Made by a program: the position numbers and the translations under genes
Source of the DNA: a virus
Virus record (IMG/VR): IMGVR_UViG_3300002098_000039
Strand: one strand, 5' to 3'
Length of the DNA: 59,133 bases
Shown: one piece after another, positions 1-7,167 of the stretch
Position numbering within the stretch: position 1 is the stretch's first letter
How the letters are laid out: each line of letters opens with the position of its first letter
Notes under the pieces: generated by a model
The model's database searches: none
What the model saw: only the letters and a program-made list of their open reading frames with translations
Told to the model about the DNA's origin: nothing

Positions 1-54
1 CTACGGCTACGGCTCCGGCGACGGCTCCGGCTCCGGCTCCGGCTACGGCTCCGG
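1..54. repeat. Terminal duplication: nt 1-54 are identical to nt 59080-59133, consistent with the assembly overlap of a circular or circularly permuted genome
   Basis: Base-by-base comparison of the two window ends. The frame of the repeat gene is continuous across the junction (final gg plus first c gives ggc). Confidence 0.9.
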
Positions 55-97
55 CTCCGGCTACGGCTCCGGCTCCGGCGACGGCTACGGCTCTTAG
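1..97 (+). CDS. 3' part of the (Gly-X)n repeat protein gene that starts at 58940 and wraps the window junction; stop TAG at 95-97
   Basis: In-frame GGC-TCC/TAC/GAC hexamers from nt 2 to 94, then TAG. Same frame and same codons as 58940-59133. Confidence 0.6.
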   Translation, partial: YGYGSGDGSGSGSGYGSGSGYGSGSGDGYGS

Positions 98-144
98 CTT
101 GTATGCCACTTAAATAGATAACGGTATGGGTAGGAGAGGTTAAA

Positions 145-336
145 ATGAAAACAATATGGGTGTTGGTGATTGTGTTGCATGGCTGGGATCGCGGGTATAT
201 CGGTGATAAAGATGGAAATGTTGGTAATGCTATAGCAACAGTAGAATTTACTTCAGAAGAAAATTGCATGGATGCTGGCAGTCTTATCGGGAAGGGCACA
301 GATTCTGTTACTAAAACATTTTGTGTGAAAAAATAG
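145..336 (+). CDS. Small protein with hydrophobic N-terminus (MKTIWVLVIVLHG...); paralogue of 5353-5541
   Basis: ORF with SD GGAGAGG upstream. Shares the N-terminal MK[TS][IV]WVL..V.HG and an internal [FY][TA][ST]E[EQ].C motif with the 5353 ORF. Confidence 0.6.
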   Translation: MKTIWVLVIVLHGWDRGYIGDKDGNVGNAIATVEFTSEENCMDAGSLIGKGTDSVTKTFCVKK

Positions 337-366
337 GACAACGATTTAACGGTTCAGGAGTGAAGG

Positions 367-882
367 ATGCAGAAAATACCGACAATGTTTGAGCGTGATG
401 AATCCGTTAAGGGGCATCCCGTTAAAGATCATATCAAAACTGAATGCTATTGGGTTGTGGATGGTGAAGGCGTAGCCACGCATAAACTTGATGGTACTAA
501 CGTCAAGATCGAAGCAGGTGCTTTATATAAGCGCCAGAAGCCAGCAAGCGGCGATTACGACGAAGCTTCATATGTTTTGGTTGATAGTGGCGAACCAGAG
601 AATAAATACATCTGGGAGGCATTTGAAGCATTGGATGATAAGCAGGACGGAATCTATGAGGCACTTGGCCCAAAGATTCAGGGGAACCCGGAAAAGCTTG
701 CCAGACATCGGCTAATAAGAGTCGTGCCATTTAATGAAAATTTCACCCTTAATGATGCGCCTCGTACTTTTGATGCGTTGAAAGAATATCTAGCCAACAA
801 AGACATTGAGGGTATCGTTTTCCATCACCCTGATGGCAGGATGGCAAAGCTAAAGAAACGTGATTTTGGTCTTAAAAGATAA
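367..882 (+). CDS. ATP-dependent RNA/DNA ligase-family nucleotidyltransferase-like protein
   Basis: Motif I KxDGxN (HKLDGTN). The downstream YEALGPKIQGNPE resembles small phage RNA-ligase-like proteins. SD AGGAG upstream. Confidence 0.55.
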   Translation: MQKIPTMFERDESVKGHPVKDHIKTECYWVVDGEGVATHKLDGTNVKIEAGALYKRQKPASGDYDEASYVLVDSGEPENKYIWEAFEALDDKQDGIYEALGPKIQGNPEKLARHRLIRVVPFNENFTLNDAPRTFDALKEYLANKDIEGIVFHHPDGRMAKLKKRDFGLKR

Positions 883-913
883 CTGATGTAAATGTTCGGA
901 CGGGAAGGTTAGT

Positions 914-1060
914 ATGAGCGATGCAGCAAATTGGGTATGGGCGGGAACACGGCGGATTTACGAGGGCTGGTATTGGCCTGTGATTATCGTCAATGTTCTG
1001 CCGCCGCGTCCTGCACAACCTAAACAGACGAGGGAATCAGGAGTCAAGGTTAATGAGTAA
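914..1060 (+). CDS. Hypothetical small protein (48 aa)
   Basis: ATG with GGGAAGG SD. Its end overlaps the next start. Below the ORF-track cut-off and translated by hand. Confidence 0.3.
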   Translation: MSDAANWVWAGTRRIYEGWYWPVIIVNVLPPRPAQPKQTRESGVKVNE

Positions 1061-1235
1061 AAACCACGACATTATAGAAATCGCTGGAGAGATTAAAGGC
1101 GAGACTGACAAAGCCTATCGCTTTTACGATGGCAAAACTACCGATTGGGTTCCTAAATCGCAATGCGAATGGGATGAGAAAGATAAAACCATGCAGATGC
1201 CTGAATGGTTGGCAATGGATAAGGGGTTTTTATGA
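1053..1235 (+). CDS. Hypothetical protein (60 aa from ATG 1053; the ORF track extends it to 993)
   Basis: ATG 1053 is preceded by CAGGAG. The pattern ...WVPKSQ...MPEWLAMDKGFL is typical of small phage proteins of unknown function. Confidence 0.5.
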   Translation: MSKNHDIIEIAGEIKGETDKAYRFYDGKTTDWVPKSQCEWDEKDKTMQMPEWLAMDKGFL

Positions 1236-1408
1236 GCAACAAGCCGATACAGTGGGAAGAAGTCGCCTCCATGGGAAAGGTGCAGGCGGATCATCCTGAA
1301 TGGAGTGAGGTGCAGTGCCGTGAAGAATTTAACCGCCTTGGGCAAGCCGCACTTCAAAAAATGCTGGATGAGCAGGAAGGCCGCAAACGCAAAAGGAAAA
1401 AACCATGA
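1232..1408 (+). CDS. Hypothetical small protein (58 aa) with a basic C-terminus
   Basis: ATGA start/stop overlaps at both ends (1232-1235 and 1405-1408), implying translational coupling. Translated by hand. Confidence 0.45.
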   Translation: MSNKPIQWEEVASMGKVQADHPEWSEVQCREEFNRLGQAALQKMLDEQEGRKRKRKKP

Positions 1409-1620
1409 AACCAAACGATCTGATAGATCGTTTGCCGGACGGACTTTACTGGAAACTCAGGCATACAGCCCTGTTCCTGCTAAACCTGCCGTTCATGCCT
1501 GTCAACGCCATGTACTGGGTCATTCGGGAAGTGATCCATTGGGGCGTGATGTGTTTCACCTGCGACGGCTCCGAACAAATAGAGCCATTCTGGCATTGGA
1601 AATGGAGAAATGAAGAATGA
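1405..1620 (+). CDS. Hypothetical protein
   Basis: ORF coupled to its neighbours by ATGA overlaps. Confidence 0.5.
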   Translation: MKPNDLIDRLPDGLYWKLRHTALFLLNLPFMPVNAMYWVIREVIHWGVMCFTCDGSEQIEPFWHWKWRNEE

Positions 1621-1832
1621 CATTAAAACCAGATACGAGCTTGGGTGAGCAATGGAAGAAATGGCCAGATGCCCCAGATTTTAATAGGTTCGGCGTTTAT
1701 GTCGCATACTCGCCAATTCATGGGTTTATCGTTTGTCATTTTGAAACTGGAAAAGGTCTTTGCACTAGACCGAGCGAATCTATTAGCGCTTGGTTCGGAA
1801 CAACGCATGTAATGGAGTTAAAAATACCATGA
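1617..1832 (+). CDS. Hypothetical protein
   Basis: ORF with ATGA overlaps on both sides. Confidence 0.5.
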   Translation: MTLKPDTSLGEQWKKWPDAPDFNRFGVYVAYSPIHGFIVCHFETGKGLCTRPSESISAWFGTTHVMELKIP

Positions 1833-2470
1833 CCAACGATTCGCTGATAGAGAAGTTGCAACGCCGTTCTGATCTCGCTGCTAAAGAAAGCGTTGAGCAT
1901 AAAGATGAATTCAATGCTGGGCTATGCGCTGGATTGAGAGAAGCTATTTATGAAATTCGTCAAACCTCATGTGAGATTCCGGTGGTCGATGAAGCGCGAA
2001 GCGCTGCTGACAAGGTTATAACAGATCATTTATCGAGATTGGATGGCAATAGCTCGCAGAAACTTAAAACCAGCACGATGGCTTGGGCTGTTTACGTTGC
2101 TTTAATTCCATATCTCCGCACAACGGAGCCGGTGTCGAGTGCGCCAGAATGCGAATGCGATGAGATTAGCAATGGTGAGACCTGCGTGAAGTGTGGGCCT
2201 TCTTCTGAACAGCCGGATCAGAAGCCGCTGCATGTCATTACCAGTACGGGTTGCTCTATTTGTGGAACAGATGCCCTGCATTGCAGCTTTTGGAAAACCT
2301 ATCGCAAACCAGAGCGGGAAATCAGTTTAGTGCGTGTTACTTGTAATAACGGGCATAAGTTCAATAGCCCAGCACAACATTTGGTAAAAACAGAGGGGCA
2401 TCAATGCCCAGAATGCGGCTTATGCGTCTATGACCCAACTCGTATAGAAGATGGGCACACCGATGTATAG
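1829..2470 (+). CDS. Hypothetical protein with C-terminal Cys-rich (zinc-ribbon-like) region
   Basis: ATG 1829 overlaps the stop at 1830-1832. Contains CVKC, CSIC and CPEC pairs. Confidence 0.55.
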   Translation: MTNDSLIEKLQRRSDLAAKESVEHKDEFNAGLCAGLREAIYEIRQTSCEIPVVDEARSAADKVITDHLSRLDGNSSQKLKTSTMAWAVYVALIPYLRTTEPVSSAPECECDEISNGETCVKCGPSSEQPDQKPLHVITSTGCSICGTDALHCSFWKTYRKPEREISLVRVTCNNGHKFNSPAQHLVKTEGHQCPECGLCVYDPTRIEDGHTDV

Positions 2471-2612
2471 CCGCGCAGCATGGGAGACTTGGCAGGATAT
2501 ATTTGATGCCGTCGCGTCTGGTCTTATAGAGCCTTTTGTAATGGCTTGGGGGCTACCAGAAAGCCCGTGGGTCATTGAAACTAACAAAACTGATTCCAAG
2601 GATGAGACATGA
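2463..2612 (+). CDS. Hypothetical small protein (49 aa)
   Basis: Hand-translated ORF filling the gap between 2470 and 2641. It overlaps the upstream stop by 8 nt. Confidence 0.3.
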   Translation: MYSRAAWETWQDIFDAVASGLIEPFVMAWGLPESPWVIETNKTDSKDET

Positions 2613-2640
2613 ACAATGAACTGACGATAGGGTAGTAACA

Positions 2641-2940
2641 ATGACCAAATTAACGCATGATCCAGATAGGCATTTAGCGGAAGAATTGCGGATTATAATT
2701 CAGATGTTCGATAACAGTCATGCGACTGGCGATCCTTTGACTGCAAGTGAGTTTTTAGTCCAAATCCCCAGAAAAAAATTTGAGCGTATTTGCAGACTGG
2801 CACTGAAATATTTGCAGCAACCTCATTTGTATGCCTTTGGCCCAATATCCACCACTACGATTGATCGTAAAACTGGCGAGTTCATACATACCGAGGAATA
2901 CCCAAGCGAGTATAGTGTTACTGAGGTTAATCCAAAATAG
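2641..2940 (+). CDS. Hypothetical protein
   Basis: ORF convergent with the integrase; the 3' ends overlap by 14 nt. Confidence 0.5.
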   Translation: MTKLTHDPDRHLAEELRIIIQMFDNSHATGDPLTASEFLVQIPRKKFERICRLALKYLQQPHLYAFGPISTTTIDRKTGEFIHTEEYPSEYSVTEVNPK

Positions 2941-3769
2941 AGCGTAGATGCTCGGTATCTTCGCCTAAGTGTTGGTAGACAGTAGCCAACATATTACCGT
3001 TTACGTGACCCATGACCTCTGCGATCTCGATATGGCCGAATTTGGCTTTAAGCTTACGCTGGGCAAAACCGTGACGCGCATCATACATGCAAAGTTTCAG
3101 TTTAGTAAGTTCGGACAGCTTGGCCATACGGCTGCATAGCGCGTATTTCGTCCACGCTTCGTTGCGCGTATTACGGAATACTTTGCCATCAGCATTCTTG
3201 CCCATCCAGCGCTGGAGTATCTCCGTCGCTGTGGCGTTGAGAATGATCCTGCGCGAACGTCTTTTTCCTTTCGACTCTTCCTTTGGGAAAACGATAAACC
3301 CTCTGTCGATAGCTACATGCCTGTGCTCGATGTGGCGTATCTCCTGTGGGCGTGCGCCTGTGTTCCACGCGAAAACCAACACATCACGAAACGGATCTGT
3401 CGGCGGTATGTGCTCTAGGATGAGATCGTAGTCTTCAGGCTTCATGTAGGTATTGCGGCGTTGCGCCGTGGCTTTCTTCATTTTTTTAATAGGATTACCC
3501 TCGCCATAGCCCATACTTTCGGCCCAGTTGAAAATGCGCTTAATAGTTACAACAGCGCCACCGCGATAGGTACTACCCCAGTCCTTACCGTGGCTGTCGA
3601 TCCACTCCTGCACATGGTAGGGCTTGAGGTCATACGCTGGCGTGTCTCCGATACCCGCATAAGCACACGCCATATCAATGTAATTTTTGTACCATGCGTA
3701 GGTGCGTTCAGCCTGATGGTTGAAGCACCAGTCCAGATATTTTCCTGATAATTCTTTGAAAGTCAGCAT
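2927..3769 (-). CDS. int: Tyrosine recombinase / phage integrase
   Basis: Catalytic signature TGARPQE (Arg), KGKRRSRR hairpin, ARHGFAQR (His-x-x-Arg), MGHVN (His) and VYQH (Tyr). ATG at 3769 with a GGGGAAA SD is preferred over the TTG at 3805 used by the ORF track. Confidence 0.85.
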   Translation of the reverse strand: MLTFKELSGKYLDWCFNHQAERTYAWYKNYIDMACAYAGIGDTPAYDLKPYHVQEWIDSHGKDWGSTYRGGAVVTIKRIFNWAESMGYGEGNPIKKMKKATAQRRNTYMKPEDYDLILEHIPPTDPFRDVLVFAWNTGARPQEIRHIEHRHVAIDRGFIVFPKEESKGKRRSRRIILNATATEILQRWMGKNADGKVFRNTRNEAWTKYALCSRMAKLSELTKLKLCMYDARHGFAQRKLKAKFGHIEIAEVMGHVNGNMLATVYQHLGEDTEHLRSILD

Positions 3770-3809
3770 TGTAATTTTCCCCAAAATAGTTATTGACTCA
3801 ACCAATCAA

Positions 3810-3838
3810 ATTATGCCATAGTCTTGTCATAAGGTCAA
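3810..3838 (-). promoter_or_regulatory. Candidate sigma70-type promoter for int (-35 TTGACC, 17-nt spacer, -10 CATAAT)
   Basis: On the plus strand, the reverse complement of CATAAT lies at 3810-3815 and of TTGACC at 3833-3838. It overlaps a rightward TTGACT(3793-3798)-18 nt-CATAGT(3817-3822) candidate for the RHH gene. Confidence 0.4.
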
Positions 3839-3859
3839 CAACTGATTGAATCAAAACTT

Positions 3860-4012
3860 ATGAAAAATGTTGAGGAACGGGCGGTGTATAAAGTGCAGGC
3901 GCATTTAAACCCGCAAGATTTTATCGCTTTGGAAAAATACTGTGAGAAGAAGAAGAAACCAATCAGCTCCGTGGTGAGAGATCTCATCAAAGAGCATTTA
4001 GCAACCCGTTAG
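3860..4012 (+). CDS. Small ribbon-helix-helix-like DNA-binding protein (50 aa), divergent from int; candidate excision/lysogeny regulator
   Basis: Hand-translated MKNVEERAVYKVQAHLNPQDFIALEKYCEKKKKPISSVVRDLIKEHLATR. Its beta-alpha-alpha pattern resembles CopG/Arc. Confidence 0.45.
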   Translation: MKNVEERAVYKVQAHLNPQDFIALEKYCEKKKKPISSVVRDLIKEHLATR

Positions 4013-4038
4013 ATCTAGAACTCCAGTAGGGAAGTGAT

Positions 4039-4293
4039 ATGGAAAGCGGGAAAAACTATAGCCCTTGCGAACACGGGCCTAAAGGCACAGTCAATTTCTT
4101 TCCGCGTAATGACGGAGCTATTGAGCGCGTTGAAGCGAGAACCAATTCTGTCGTCATTAGCTATGTTGAAGATACCGACGATGAAGGCGAAAAATATCTT
4201 CGCCGGTTCGTATGGGTGGAATGTAAAGACCAACATCTTAAGGATGATCTGCTGGTAAAAGCACGAGAAATTATAGCTAAGATCAATGAATAG
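4039..4293 (+). CDS. Hypothetical protein
   Basis: ORF with ATG. Confidence 0.5.
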   Translation: MESGKNYSPCEHGPKGTVNFFPRNDGAIERVEARTNSVVISYVEDTDDEGEKYLRRFVWVECKDQHLKDDLLVKAREIIAKINE

Positions 4294-4311
4294 GAGATAC
4301 GTTGAGGTGAT

Positions 4312-5292
4312 ATGGCAGCTTATTACAACGAATTCAAACCAGAAGCCGCGCACATGCTTCGCCATCTTATTAAGGACGGGCTTATTGCTGATGGCGAAGT
4401 CGATGAAAGGAGTATTGTAGATGTTAGAGCAGACGACATTCGGGGCTTCGACCAGTGCCACTTCTTCGCAGGAATCGGCGGATGGTCAGTTGCACTTAGG
4501 CTTGCCGGATGGCCTGATGGCAGGGAAGTCTGGACAGGAAGCTGCCCCTGCCAGCCCTTCAGTTCAGCGGGGCGGCAAAAAGGCAAAGCAGATGAACGCC
4601 ATCTTTGGCCCGAATGGGTCCGCCTCATCCGCGAGCTACGCCCTGCAACAGTCTTTGGAGAGCAGGTTGAAAGCGCAATTGCCCACGGGTGGCTTGACGA
4701 TGTTTACGATGATATGGAAGGACAAGGCTACGCCGTTGGAGCGGCGGTATTGCCAGCTTGCGCTGTCGGCAAGCCGCACCAGCGAAAAAGATTGTGGTTT
4801 GTGGCTCAGTCCGAGAGCGAACGAGATAGTAGAACCGTTTGGGCAGGGGGCAGCGAGATTGGGAGATCGTCGATCGACGACTGCAACGAGCTTGGGAGAG
4901 CAAGCAACTGCGGCACTATGGGCGACTCCGAACACGATGGACAACCTAGCCGACAGATCGCAGGAAGCGAAGGACAGGCAATTCTCAACCACGCGCAAGG
5001 GACGGACAGCACCGGCGAATTTACGGGAGCAAGTGAACCCGTCGATGTGGCCAACGCCGACATCACGCGACCACAAGGATGGGAGCTTCACACCGAATGT
5101 GGAAGTGAACGGGATGCTGGGCAGGATGGTTTGGAATGGCTCCAATGCCCCGATGGAAAAGCAAGGCCAGTTAAACCCGGAATTCGTCTGCTGGCTCATG
5201 GGGTACAGCACCGCACACCTGTCCTCCATGCTTTTGGCAATGCAATCGTACCGGAAGTTGCGGCGAGGTTTATCCGAGCTTACTGTGGATGA
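4312..5292 (+). CDS. DNA (cytosine-5)-methyltransferase
   Basis: Motif I FFAGIGGW, motif IV PCQPFS, motif VI FGEQV, motif VIII QRKRLWFVA and motif X GNAIVPEVA, all in this frame. Confidence 0.85.
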   Translation: MAAYYNEFKPEAAHMLRHLIKDGLIADGEVDERSIVDVRADDIRGFDQCHFFAGIGGWSVALRLAGWPDGREVWTGSCPCQPFSSAGRQKGKADERHLWPEWVRLIRELRPATVFGEQVESAIAHGWLDDVYDDMEGQGYAVGAAVLPACAVGKPHQRKRLWFVAQSESERDSRTVWAGGSEIGRSSIDDCNELGRASNCGTMGDSEHDGQPSRQIAGSEGQAILNHAQGTDSTGEFTGASEPVDVANADITRPQGWELHTECGSERDAGQDGLEWLQCPDGKARPVKPGIRLLAHGVQHRTPVLHAFGNAIVPEVAARFIRAYCG

Positions 5293-5302
5293 TTTAATAT
5301 GA
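4421..5302 (+). CDS. Overprinted ORF (293 codons) in the +1 frame of the methyltransferase gene; W-x-[ST]-P repeat protein of unknown function
   Basis: Own SD AAGGAG (4407-4412) 8 nt before the ATG. Conserved-looking motifs SLESRLKAQL, WKDKATP, SASRTS, WLSPRA, WATPNT, WPTPTSRDHKDG and QLNPEFVCWLMGY. Confidence 0.45.
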   Translation: MLEQTTFGASTSATSSQESADGQLHLGLPDGLMAGKSGQEAAPASPSVQRGGKKAKQMNAIFGPNGSASSASYALQQSLESRLKAQLPTGGLTMFTMIWKDKATPLERRYCQLALSASRTSEKDCGLWLSPRANEIVEPFGQGAARLGDRRSTTATSLGEQATAALWATPNTMDNLADRSQEAKDRQFSTTRKGRTAPANLREQVNPSMWPTPTSRDHKDGSFTPNVEVNGMLGRMVWNGSNAPMEKQGQLNPEFVCWLMGYSTAHLSSMLLAMQSYRKLRRGLSELTVDDLI

Positions 5303-5352
5303 ATACAACCAGATAAACACATCGGACTTATAGATTAACAGAGGGAAATAAA

Positions 5353-5541
5353 ATGAAATCAGTTTGGGTGCTATTATTAGTTACGCATGGTTGCATGTAC
5401 GAAAAAGTTTCTGTCAAAGGATACGCGACGGAGCAAGAATGTATAAAAGTGTTGAATGAAGGTCAGAGAAATACTGATTTCTTTACCGATGTTCGCGGCC
5501 AATGCGAATCTGGTGACGCACTAATGTCAGAGACTAAGTAA
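5353..5541 (+). CDS. Small protein with hydrophobic N-terminus; paralogue of 145-336
   Basis: MKSVWVLLLVTHG... Preceded by the conserved leader GACTTATAGATTAACAGAGGGAA. Confidence 0.6.
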   Translation: MKSVWVLLLVTHGCMYEKVSVKGYATEQECIKVLNEGQRNTDFFTDVRGQCESGDALMSETK

Positions 5542-5567
5542 CCGAAGCAACTAATCTGGAGTAAAGC

Positions 5568-5786
5568 ATGAGTATCAACGGCGCAATATCTATTCTAACC
5601 CACGCCTATGAATGGTGTGAGTCCAAGGGCATCGATCAAGAATATATTGGCCGAGCGATCTACACCGCCAGAGCTAATTTACAGGATGGGGAGGGTGTCG
5701 GTACGGCGCAGCCTCTTATGGGAAGCAGCATTGATGGGACATTCGCTGCCGATGATAGCCGTACAACTGATGTGGAGGTACGTTGA
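5568..5786 (+). CDS. Hypothetical protein
   Basis: ORF with SD GGAG upstream. Confidence 0.5.
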   Translation: MSINGAISILTHAYEWCESKGIDQEYIGRAIYTARANLQDGEGVGTAQPLMGSSIDGTFAADDSRTTDVEVR

Positions 5787-6007
5787 CAATGGCATTTAGG
5801 CACGGAAGTTTTGTAGAGGCGATATGGCTAAAATCTGTTGGTGATACCATCCAAGTGCATATTGAACGCGATGGCGAATGGCAATGTGTCATACATGAGA
5901 AGGCGTATAGCGCAGATGGCAAGTTAAGCCCCATAAGTCACATCGTAGAGGCGCGAGGGTTAGCGCCTCAGCAGTTTCGCACAACCCAATCGGATAATCA
6001 GTCATGA
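5783..6007 (+). CDS. Hypothetical protein (TTG at 5783 or ATG at 5789)
   Basis: ORF overlapping the upstream stop and the downstream start (ATGA at 6004-6007). Confidence 0.5.
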   Translation: MTMAFRHGSFVEAIWLKSVGDTIQVHIERDGEWQCVIHEKAYSADGKLSPISHIVEARGLAPQQFRTTQSDNQS

Positions 6008-6504
6008 AGGCTAATTTAGTTACAGAAACCACTAATTATATCCTTTGCCCGAAGTGCGATATTGGTAAAAGTGATATTAGCCATTTATCCGATGGAACCA
6101 AAACGCGCTGGCATTGCCATGAATGCGGCATTCAATACGATTTACAGGTAAATTCGCAAACCGATGTCGATACCGAAATAGTGAATAAGCCTGCCGACAA
6201 GAATCTTTTAACTCTGTTGGTTTTGGAGCCGCACGATAAACCCGTGTATTTTGTTATAAACGATAAGGCGTATGAAGGTGAAATAGATGGCAAGGAATAT
6301 CTATATAACGAACATACTTGCCCTACAAATTATGTATCACAAATTCAAACCATTATAGATGGCGATGATTATGATCCTCACGGAATATTTCAGTACGTGG
6401 GATCATCCTTTGTCGAAGATGACTTTGATTTCGATGATGACGATAAGGTTAGGAGCATTGTAGACAATTTAAAGGCTACCGAACAGAAAGATGGGGCGGA
6501 ATGA
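6004..6504 (+). CDS. Hypothetical protein with N-terminal zinc ribbon (CPKC...CHEC) and acidic C-terminus
   Basis: ORF with Cys pairs and coupled starts. Confidence 0.55.
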   Translation: MKANLVTETTNYILCPKCDIGKSDISHLSDGTKTRWHCHECGIQYDLQVNSQTDVDTEIVNKPADKNLLTLLVLEPHDKPVYFVINDKAYEGEIDGKEYLYNEHTCPTNYVSQIQTIIDGDDYDPHGIFQYVGSSFVEDDFDFDDDDKVRSIVDNLKATEQKDGAE

Positions 6505-6671
6505 CCGACCAGATCAATAATACGGTAAAGCGTAATGCCGATACTCTTGTCGAAATAGCCGCATGGGTTATTGGCTATCAACATCTTGGGACTAGCCCAA
6601 GGCAATGCGCGGATAAAATTTTGGAGTTAATGATAAGGGAAGGCTACGTGCGCAAATGGCCCAACCGATAA
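6501..6671 (+). CDS. Hypothetical small protein (56 aa); last gene of the plus-strand arm
   Basis: ATGA overlap with the upstream stop. Translated by hand. Confidence 0.4.
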   Translation: MTDQINNTVKRNADTLVEIAAWVIGYQHLGTSPRQCADKILELMIREGYVRKWPNR

Positions 6672-6759
6672 GCCGTTCAGTTCCCCGCGTTAGGAAACAA
6701 CGCCGGACATATACCCCAATCATGGCATGAGCAACCGGATAGAAGGAGGGCGATAAGGA

Positions 6760-7167
6760 TTATTTTTGCCACGGCATTTGCGCTTTATCGGACATTTTTT
6801 CAACAGTACGAAGGCTTCCCAAGCCAAGCATACCCATAAGAACGGTAGAAAGCGTACTCATATCAAACTCAGGAAGGTTTACTTTACCGCCTAATTGCAA
6901 AATAATGAAAACCAACAATGGTTGAAATACATAATGATATGCAAAAGCCGCAACGCAAGTCCACCCTAGGGCTGGCCTCCAACCTGATATAAAGATATTT
7001 TCGTTCTTGGCTTCTTCTTGGTCTACCGCTATCTGTGCTAATTCGCCAGATTGCTGGATCTGCAAAAGCTGTATTTGCGCTGCTGCGCGTTGTGTCGGAT
7101 CAGGGAACAATTTATCTAATAGTTTCCCCGCGAAATCTAATCCAGCCGTGAGCGGATCAAGAGCCAT
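6760..7167 (-). CDS. Holin, 3-TM GTA-release type
   Basis: DKLFPDPTQRAAAQIQLLQIQQSGELAQ...EEAKNENIFISGWRP, followed by hydrophobic segments and LRTVEKM. This matches the pattern of the GTA/alphaproteobacterial-phage 3-TM holin family. Confidence 0.7.
   Translation of the reverse strand: MALDPLTAGLDFAGKLLDKLFPDPTQRAAAQIQLLQIQQSGELAQIAVDQEEAKNENIFISGWRPALGWTCVAAFAYHYVFQPLLVFIILQLGGKVNLPEFDMSTLSTVLMGMLGLGSLRTVEKMSDKAQMPWQK

Noticed and set aside
1-54. The terminal 54-nt identity as a physical direct terminal repeat of a T7-like genome
   Set aside because: It lies inside a coding repeat and the gene frame continues across the join. Podovirus terminal repeats are normally non-coding. An assembly overlap is the simpler explanation, but it still needs read-level confirmation.
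1305-1613. 102-codon alternative-frame ORF overlapping the genes at 1232-1408 and 1405-1620
   Set aside because: The two shorter ORFs are linked to their neighbours by ATGA couplings and give plausible proteins. The 102-aa translation is Arg/Ala/Lys-rich and has no SD.
3087-3748. Plus-strand ORFs (114 and 95 codons) opposite the integrase gene
   Set aside because: The integrase frame carries the full catalytic signature. The antisense translations are low-complexity and lack start signals.
4636-5322. 228-codon antisense ORF opposite the methyltransferase locus
   Set aside because: It has no recognisable motifs and no convincing SD. It is probably kept open passively by the double constraint on the sense strand. 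It is mentioned under the dual-coding finding but not called as a gene.
6672-6759. Expected bidirectional terminator between the convergent ends of the two arms
   Set aside because: Only a weak 5-bp stem (GCGTT...AACGC) without a U-tract is visible, which is not enough to call a terminator.
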